Assembly (NCBI GenBank): GCA_045576195.1
Contig: JAZNFZ010000030.1
Location: forward strand, 1-48,534
Reading direction: 5' to 3'
DNA: 48,534 bases
Origin: Eubacteriales bacterium
GTDB taxonomy: Bacteria; Bacillota; Clostridia; Oscillospirales; CAG-272
Shown here: piece by piece, positions 42,017-48,534 of the stretch
Layout of the letters: every line of letters starts with the position of its first letter
Numbering within the stretch: position 1 is the first letter of the stretch
Notes under the pieces: generated by a model
The model's database searches: none
What the model was told of the DNA's origin: nothing
Seen by the model: only the letters and a program-made list of their open reading frames with translations
Position numbers and translations under genes: made by a program

Positions 42017-44404
42017 ATGCAAACCGATCAAAGAACACACAACACTTTGGAATATGATAAAATACTCGGTATGCTGGCAGAGGTAGCTCCCACGGCGGGG
42101 GCTAAGTCGCTGGCGCTTTCGCTGCTGCCCGATGACGATCCCGATGTCGTGGAGAAGCGGCTGACGCGCACCGAGCATGCAAGGCAGCTGCTTGCCGATA
42201 AGGGCATGCCCTCCTTCGGCCTTGTGGCCGATCCCGCCGATGCGCTGGAGCGCGCGGCCAAGGGGGCAACGCTTTCCACCCGCGAGCTGCTTGATCTCGG
42301 TAATCTGCTTCGCACCGCAAGGGGCCTGCTTGATTACATTCGCACCAACCGTCGCTTTGACACCGTGCTTGACGAGGTGTTCGAGCGCCTGCTGCCCGAT
42401 CGCAGGCTGGAGGATCGCATCTATCGCTCGATCCTCTCGGAGGATATGATCGCCGACGAGGCCAGCCCCGCGCTCGGCGACATCCGCCGCAAGATCCGCG
42501 CGGCCAACAACGAGATCAAAACGAGATTGCAGCATTACCTCACGGGCAGCTATTCCAAATACCTGCAGGAAAGCATTGTAACCATGCGAAACGGTCGCTT
42601 TGTGGTGCCCGTGCGCGTGGAAAATAAAAACGAGATCAAGGGTCTTATCCACGATACATCCTCGTCGGGTGCCACCATTTTTGTGGAGCCGATGGCGGTG
42701 GTGGATGCCAACAACGAGCTTCGGATGCTGGAGGCAAAGGAGCAGCACGAGATCGAGCGGGTGCTCCTTGAGCTTTCCACGCTGGTGGCGGGGCAGGTGA
42801 GTGCGCTTTCCCTGAACTACCAAAACATCACGGAGCTGGCCTTCGTCTTTGCCTGCGGAAGGCTGGCTGAGGATATGAATGCCACAAGACCCGTGATCTG
42901 CCGCGAGAGAAAAATTGATCTCCGCCGCGCCCGCCATCCCCTGATCGACAAATCGCGGGTGGTGCCGATCTCGGTCTCTCTCGGCGGCGAATGGGATAGC
43001 CTGATCATCACGGGCCCCAATACGGGCGGCAAGACCGTAACGCTGAAGACCCTGGGGCTGTTTGCCCTGATGGCGCAGTCGGGTCTTCATATTCCCGCCG
43101 AGGAGGGCTCAAGCCTTTGTCTGTTTGATCGGATCTTGGTGGATCTCGGTGACGAGCAGAGCATTGAGCAATCGCTTTCCACCTTCTCCTCGCATATGGT
43201 GCATATCGTGTCTGTTGTCAATAGCCTGACGCCCCGTGCGCTGGTGCTGTTTGATGAGCTGGGTGCGGGTACCGATCCCGTGGAGGGTGCAGCCCTTGCG
43301 GTGGCCATTATCTCCGAGGTGCGCCGCCGCGGCGCGCTTTCGGCCGTCACCACCCACTATGCCGAGCTGAAGGCCTTTGCGCTGGATACCAAGGGCGTGC
43401 AAAACGCCTCCTGCGAGTTTGATGTTACCACCCTGCGCCCCACCTACCGTCTTGTCATCGGCACACCGGGTAAGTCCAATGCCTTTGCCATTTCGGAGAA
43501 GCTGGGGCTGCCCGCCGCCGTCATTGAGGAGGCAAAGAGCCTCATCAGCGCGGAAAACCGCCGCTTTGAGAGCGTGATCGAGCAGCTGGAGGCTGCCCGC
43601 GTGGCGGCCGAGCGGGACAGAGATGCCGCCGCCCGCGAGCGCGCCGAGATCGAGGCGCGTCGGCAGGAGCTGCTGCAAGCGGCCGAGCGGGAGCGCAAAA
43701 ACGCTGAGCGGGAGCTGCAATCGGCAAGGTCCAAGGCCGATGCCCTGGTGCAGAGCGCCAAGGCCTCAAGCGACTATATTTTTGCACAGCTGGAGGAGGT
43801 CCGCCGTGCCAGGGAGTCAGAGCGCCTTGGCGAGCGGCTTGACGAGACCCGCCGCGCCGTGCGCGCGCATCTGCGGGAGAATGAGGATCGCTTCAACCCC
43901 GTGGAGGAGCGCTCCAACGAGAATTATCAGCTGCCCCGCCCGCTCAAAAAGGGCGATGAGGTCTACCTTGTGGACATCGACAAAAAGGGCGTGCTGATCT
44001 CCGATCCCGACCACAGCGGTAATGTGCAGGTGCAGGCGGGCATCATCAAAACGAAATCGCGGGTCGAAAATCTTCGGTTGATCGAAAACGAGCCAACCGT
44101 GGGCGGCAAGGGCGAGAGGAAGACCTCCGCCAAGGATTATCGCCTCAACATCTCAAGAGAGTTTCACGATGAGATCGACCTGCGCGGTCAGACGGGTGAC
44201 GAGGCCTGGTTTATGGTGGATAAGTACTTTGATACCGCCGCCATTGCGGGCTTCCATACGGTTCGCCTGGTGCACGGAAAGGGAACAGGTGCACTTCGCG
44301 CGGCACTTTGGAAATACCTCAAGAACGACCGCCGCGTCGCCTCCTTCCGCATTGGCCGTTACGGCGAGGGCGACGGTGGTGTGACCGTGGTGGAGCTGAA
44401 ATAA
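42017..44404 (+). CDS. mutS2: Endonuclease MutS2 (MutS-family ATPase with C-terminal Smr domain)
   Basis: Walker A GPNTGGKT, motif DELGAGTDP, coiled-coil region, and Smr motif LVHGKGTGALR. Confidence 0.95.
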   Translation: MQTDQRTHNTLEYDKILGMLAEVAPTAGAKSLALSLLPDDDPDVVEKRLTRTEHARQLLADKGMPSFGLVADPADALERAAKGATLSTRELLDLGNLLRTARGLLDYIRTNRRFDTVLDEVFERLLPDRRLEDRIYRSILSEDMIADEASPALGDIRRKIRAANNEIKTRLQHYLTGSYSKYLQESIVTMRNGRFVVPVRVENKNEIKGLIHDTSSSGATIFVEPMAVVDANNELRMLEAKEQHEIERVLLELSTLVAGQVSALSLNYQNITELAFVFACGRLAEDMNATRPVICRERKIDLRRARHPLIDKSRVVPISVSLGGEWDSLIITGPNTGGKTVTLKTLGLFALMAQSGLHIPAEEGSSLCLFDRILVDLGDEQSIEQSLSTFSSHMVHIVSVVNSLTPRALVLFDELGAGTDPVEGAALAVAIISEVRRRGALSAVTTHYAELKAFALDTKGVQNASCEFDVTTLRPTYRLVIGTPGKSNAFAISEKLGLPAAVIEEAKSLISAENRRFESVIEQLEAARVAAERDRDAAARERAEIEARRQELLQAAERERKNAERELQSARSKADALVQSAKASSDYIFAQLEEVRRARESERLGERLDETRRAVRAHLRENEDRFNPVEERSNENYQLPRPLKKGDEVYLVDIDKKGVLISDPDHSGNVQVQAGIIKTKSRVENLRLIENEPTVGGKGERKTSAKDYRLNISREFHDEIDLRGQTGDEAWFMVDKYFDTAAIAGFHTVRLVHGKGTGALRAALWKYLKNDRRVASFRIGRYGEGDGGVTVVELK

Positions 44405-44509
44405 GCCCACGGCGATAAATGGGTGTAAAACACAGCCAAATATGTTCTTTTCTTTGTCTTGCCTTTGTGCTAAAATCAAAGAGGAACAACATAGAAAGGA
44501 GCGGTTTTT

Positions 44510-45979
44510 ATGAAAGATTTAAAAATGCTTGCCATTGATCTCGGTGCCTCCAGCGGCCGTGGGATCATCGGCTCTTATAACGGAGAGAGGCTGACCCTGC
44601 GCGAAAATCACCGCTTTTCCAATGACCCTGTGATGGTATCGGGGCATTTCCGCTGGGATATTCTCCGTATCTACCACGAGATCAAGCAGTCCATCCGTGA
44701 AACGGTGCTGTCGGGGGACCGTGTGGCGGGTATGGGCATTGATACCTGGGGCGTGGACTACGGCCTGATCGACAGCCGCGGTCAGCTGCTTTCCAATCCG
44801 ATGCACTACCGTGACCTGCGTACAAACGGGATGCCTGCGGTAACAGAGGAGAAGCTGCCCTTCCGTGAGCTCTATGAGATCACGGGCATTCAGTCCATCG
44901 ACTTCAATACGGTCTGGCAGCTGGCTGCCGACCTGCGGGATAACCCCGCGCTGCTGCAGAGCGCAGAGCGGATGCTCTTTATCCCCGATCTGCTCAATTA
45001 TTTTCTCACGGGCATTGCTGCCAACGAGTACACCATTGCCTCCACGGGCGCGCTTCTTGATGCCCGCAGGAGAAGCACGGCCACCGAGATCTTTGACCGT
45101 CTCGGTCTGCCTCGCCTGCTCGGTGACCTGGTAGAGCCCGGCAATCGCCTCGGCCGTCTTTCAGCCGCCGTGAGCGAGGAGCTGGGCGGCGCACAGATGG
45201 ATGTGATCAATGTCGCCTCGCACGACACCGCCAGCGCCGTGCTTGCCGTACCCGCCAAGGGAGAGGATTTCGTGTATATTTCCAGCGGCACCTGGTCTCT
45301 GATGGGCGTGGAGAGAAGTGAGCCCCTGATCAGCGATGAGAGCCGCCGTCTTAACTTCACCAACGAGGGCGGAGCGCTCGGCACCATTCGCGTGCTGAAA
45401 AATATTATGGGTCTCTGGATCCTGCAGGAGAGCCGCCGTCAGTGGAAGCGCGAGGGCAAGGACTTCAGCTTTGCCGATCTGCAAACGCTGGCCGAGGCAG
45501 AAAAGCCGCTTGTTTCCTTTATCAATCCCGATGACCCCGTATTCGCCACTCCGGGCGATATGCCCAGCCGCATTGTGGAGTACTGCCGCAAAACGGGTCA
45601 GCACGTGCCCGAAAACGAGGGACAGATCGTCCGTGTGATCATGGAGAGCCTTGCTATGCGCTATCGCTTCGTGATGGAGGGCATTGCAGCACTTCGTGGC
45701 CGTCCCGTCAGTGCCATCCATATCGTGGGCGGCGGCACCAAGGATACCTTCCTTTGCGGCCTTACCGCCAATGCCTGCGGCATTCCCGTGGTGGCAGGTC
45801 CCGTGGAGGCCACGGCCATCGGTAACCTTCTGATGCAGTATATTTCCGCAGGTGAGCTGCGCGATCTTGATGAGGCAAGAGAGCTGGTGCGTGCTTCCTT
45901 CGAGCCTGATGTCTACACGCCGCAAAAGGACCGCGCTGCCTTTGAGGAGGCCTACGTCCGCTTTCTCACCCTTTGCTGA
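44510..45979 (+). CDS. rhaB: Rhamnulokinase (FGGY carbohydrate kinase)
   Basis: N-terminus AIDLGASSGRGI...RF.N, typical of RhaB, plus a C-terminal FGGY motif HIVGGGTKD. Confidence 0.8.
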   Translation: MKDLKMLAIDLGASSGRGIIGSYNGERLTLRENHRFSNDPVMVSGHFRWDILRIYHEIKQSIRETVLSGDRVAGMGIDTWGVDYGLIDSRGQLLSNPMHYRDLRTNGMPAVTEEKLPFRELYEITGIQSIDFNTVWQLAADLRDNPALLQSAERMLFIPDLLNYFLTGIAANEYTIASTGALLDARRRSTATEIFDRLGLPRLLGDLVEPGNRLGRLSAAVSEELGGAQMDVINVASHDTASAVLAVPAKGEDFVYISSGTWSLMGVERSEPLISDESRRLNFTNEGGALGTIRVLKNIMGLWILQESRRQWKREGKDFSFADLQTLAEAEKPLVSFINPDDPVFATPGDMPSRIVEYCRKTGQHVPENEGQIVRVIMESLAMRYRFVMEGIAALRGRPVSAIHIVGGGTKDTFLCGLTANACGIPVVAGPVEATAIGNLLMQYISAGELRDLDEARELVRASFEPDVYTPQKDRAAFEEAYVRFLTLC

Positions 45980-46095
45980 CCGAAGCAGATCTACAAAATA
46001 CAAAAAATCCTGATTTTTCGCATTTTAGGGCTTTTCAAAAAGGATTTTTTATGTTATAATACTCTTGTTAAAATAAATAGCGGCGGAGGTATGCA

Positions 46096-47244
46096 ATGAA
46101 GGAAGCACTTTACGGAGAGCTCAGTGTCATTGGAATGAGCGGCTGTGAGCAGTTCGTATTGCAGGTGGACAATTACTTAAAGGAGTGGCGTCGCCACGGC
46201 GGAGAGGAGTCCTTCCTTGCCAAGGCGGAGTGCCCGAGATTCAGCACGGGTGAGGCCAAGGGACTGTTGCACCAATCCCTTCGCGGACACGATGTCTATA
46301 TCTTTTGTGATCCCTTCAATTACAGCGTGACCTACAATATGTACGGTCAGCAGGTGCCGATGAGCCCCGACGATCATTTTGCCGATCTCAAGCGCGTGAT
46401 CGCCGCCATTGCGGGCAAAGCACGCCGCGTTTCGGTGATTATGCCGATGCTCTATGAGGGCAGACAGCACAAGCGCTCTCACCGCGAGTCGCTTGACTGC
46501 GCGCTGATGCTCAAGGAGCTTGAAATGATGGGCATTCAGAACATCATTACCTTTGACGCGCACGATCCCCGTGTGCAAAATGCCATCCCGCTGTGCGGAT
46601 TTGATGACGTGCGCCCCACCTACCAGATGATCAAGGCAATGGTGCGCGCCTGCCCCGATATCTCGATCGACAAGGAGGATATGGTCATCATCTCTCCCGA
46701 CGAGGGTGCAATGGGACGTTGCATGTATTTCTCCTCGATGATGGGTCTTGACATCGGTATGTTCTACAAGCGCCGCAATTACGCCAAGGTCGTCAACGGC
46801 CGCAACCCCATTGAGGCGCACGAGTACCTCGGCCGCGACCTGCACGGCAAGGATGCCGTCATCGTGGACGATATGATCTCCTCGGGCGAGTCGCTCATTG
46901 ACGTGGCCCTTCAGCTGAAGGAAAAGGGTGCCAAGCGCATCTTCTGCTTTGCCACCTTCGGCCTCTTTACCGATGGACTTGAAAAGTTTGATAACGCCTA
47001 TAAAAACGGCGTGATCAACCGCATCTTCACCACCAATCTGGTGCATCGCTCTCCCGAGCTGCTCTCCAAGGATTGGTATGTGGAGGTCAATATGTGCAAG
47101 TACATTGCCTACATCATTGATACCCTCAATCACGATGAGACCATCAGCAACCTTCTCAATCCTGCCAAGCGTATTCATAACCTTTTGGAAAAGCACAAGA
47201 GAGAGCTTGGCGGTCAGATGAAGATCAATTTTAATAAAAAGTGA
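46096..47244 (+). CDS. prs: Ribose-phosphate pyrophosphokinase family protein (long form)
   Basis: RFSTGEAK ... RGHDVYIF ... MPMLYEGRQHKR ... FDAHD ... VIVDDMISSGESL, matching the PRPP synthetase motif order. Confidence 0.8.
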   Translation: MKEALYGELSVIGMSGCEQFVLQVDNYLKEWRRHGGEESFLAKAECPRFSTGEAKGLLHQSLRGHDVYIFCDPFNYSVTYNMYGQQVPMSPDDHFADLKRVIAAIAGKARRVSVIMPMLYEGRQHKRSHRESLDCALMLKELEMMGIQNIITFDAHDPRVQNAIPLCGFDDVRPTYQMIKAMVRACPDISIDKEDMVIISPDEGAMGRCMYFSSMMGLDIGMFYKRRNYAKVVNGRNPIEAHEYLGRDLHGKDAVIVDDMISSGESLIDVALQLKEKGAKRIFCFATFGLFTDGLEKFDNAYKNGVINRIFTTNLVHRSPELLSKDWYVEVNMCKYIAYIIDTLNHDETISNLLNPAKRIHNLLEKHKRELGGQMKINFNKK

Positions 47245-47308
47245 GACAAAAAGCCGTTGCAGCAAAGGAATTCTCTGTAACGGCTTTTCCGTGTGAAAGG
47301 AACCCTTT

Positions 47309-48361
47309 ATGAAGAAAAACGAGCTGATCTGCGCGCGCAAAAAAACCTCGATCGGCGGTCAGGCGCTGATGGAGGGCATTATGATGCGCGGTCCTCAAAA
47401 AAGCGCTATGGCGGTGCGCCGCCCCAACGGCGAGATCTATTTTGAGGAAGAGGAAAACCAAAAGAAAAAGCGCCCCGCCATCTGCCGCTGGCCCATCATC
47501 CGCGGCATTTTCGGGTTTGTGGACTCCATGGTGCTGGGCTATAAATACCTGATGCGCTCTGCCGATATTTATATGGAGGAGCCCGAGAAGGCAGAGGAGA
47601 GCGAGGAGGCCGTGGCCGCCGAAGAAGCAACCGAGACCGTGGAGACGGCAAAGGATGCGACCGAGGAAAAGAAGAATGCGCCCAAAAGCGCGGTGGGAAA
47701 GGGAACCATGACCGTGGTGATGATCGTGGCCGTGGTGCTTGGTGTGGCCTTGGCGTTCACGCTGTTTTCCTGGCTGCCCAGCCTGCTTTACGAAAAGGTG
47801 ATCGAGCCGATCTCCTTCTGGCCCGATGACAACCGTTACTTAAAATCGGTGTTTGAGGGGCTTATCAAGGTGGTGGTGATCGTGGCGTATATGGCGCTGG
47901 TCTCCCTGATGAAGGATATCCACCGCACCTTTATGTACCACGGAGCCGAGCATAAGACCATTTTCTGCTACGAGAGCGGGCTTCCCCTTACGGTGGAGAA
48001 TGTGCGCGCCCAGCGCCGCTTCCATCCTCGCTGCGGCAGCTCCTTTATTATGCTGATGATGCTGGTGGGCATTGTGATCGGTCTGTTTATCCCCCCCACC
48101 ATCCCCGGTGTTAACGAAACGCTTTACACCGTGATCCGCGCCTTTATTAAGGTGCTGCTGCTGCCTGTGGTAATGGGTGTCGGCTATGAGCTTCTGAAGC
48201 TGGCGGGTCGCCACGACAACATTCTGACCCGCATCATCTCCGCGCCCGGTATGTGGCTGCAGCGCATCACCGTGCGCGAGCCCACCGATGATATGATCGA
48301 GTGTGCCATTATGGCCTTTCAGGCCGTGCTCCCCCCCGACGAGGAGGAGAAAAAGGAATAA
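47309..48361 (+). CDS. DUF1385-family membrane protein
   Basis: IGGQALMEGIMMRGP ... YHGAEHKTI ... RCGSSF, signatures of DUF1385, with an acidic insert and TM segments. Confidence 0.8.
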   Translation: MKKNELICARKKTSIGGQALMEGIMMRGPQKSAMAVRRPNGEIYFEEEENQKKKRPAICRWPIIRGIFGFVDSMVLGYKYLMRSADIYMEEPEKAEESEEAVAAEEATETVETAKDATEEKKNAPKSAVGKGTMTVVMIVAVVLGVALAFTLFSWLPSLLYEKVIEPISFWPDDNRYLKSVFEGLIKVVVIVAYMALVSLMKDIHRTFMYHGAEHKTIFCYESGLPLTVENVRAQRRFHPRCGSSFIMLMMLVGIVIGLFIPPTIPGVNETLYTVIRAFIKVLLLPVVMGVGYELLKLAGRHDNILTRIISAPGMWLQRITVREPTDDMIECAIMAFQAVLPPDEEEKKE

Positions 48362-48436
48362 AAAAAGCCCTTGCGAACGGTAGGTACTCTTATGGACAGT
48401 TTCAAGTTCAGAAGATATAATATCTACAGACAGGAA

Positions 48437-48476
48437 GAGGACAGAGAATGTTTTTACACTCTCTGTCCTCTTTTCT
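48437..48476 (+). terminator. Intrinsic terminator downstream of the DUF1385 gene
   Basis: GAGGACAGAGA-atgtttttacac-TCTCTGTCCTC followed by TTTTCTT. Confidence 0.7.
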
Positions 48477-48534
48477 TGACAAGCACTGCATTTGTGGACA
48501 CAAATACTACTTTTCGTTATGAGTTATGAGTTAT

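Noticed and set aside
41990-43090. 366-aa minus-strand ORF inside mutS2 (similar cases at 46177-47340 in prs, 30012-31007 in the EamA gene, 32734-33801 in the GH78 gene, 45161-46003 in rhaB)
   Set aside because: All are shadow ORFs antisense to genes with strong family motifs.
48511-48534. gagttat repeated three times at the window end
   Set aside because: It is cut by the window boundary and too short to interpret.

Overview
48.5-kb chromosomal window from a high-GC, spore-forming Firmicute. Gene content looks Clostridia, Oscillospiraceae/Ruminococcaceae-like: ylbJ, yqfC-yqfD-phoH-ybeY-era-recO, addB-addA. The first ~4.5 kb is visibly more AT-rich. It is the right-hand part of an integrated mobilizable element (MobC, MOB relaxase, ParB-like protein, small ORF, large serine recombinase) whose left end lies outside the window. 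The recombinase ORF runs into a 2.2-copy tandem array of a 208-bp unit (4470-4924). Each unit is built around a 51-nt palindrome with a bidirectional-terminator core, flanked by tRNA T-arm/CCACCA-like sequence. Directly after the array lies a ~395-nt hairpin-rich non-coding element (4925-5320) with a diverged second copy on the same strand at 19755-20174. The two copies differ by compensatory base-pair changes in several stems and by length changes confined to apical regions, and they share no ORF. I treat this as a candidate large structured RNA, or a structured DNA element, that I cannot assign to a known family by eye. It is the most interesting signal here. The rest is ordinary core genome: AraC regulator plus a YgjV/beta-propeller fusion ORF, queG-like-addB-addA, htrA plus an OmpR/HK pair, rlmA, yajC, rimM-trmD, an O-antigen-ligase-like/DUF4330-like envelope module, ptsH, uvrC, rsmD-coaD, EamA, nnr, a GH78 rhamnosidase, yceD-rpmF, mutS2, rhaB, prs and a DUF1385 protein. 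No rRNA, true tRNA or CRISPR array was seen. All functional calls come from motif recognition by eye; no database search was run.
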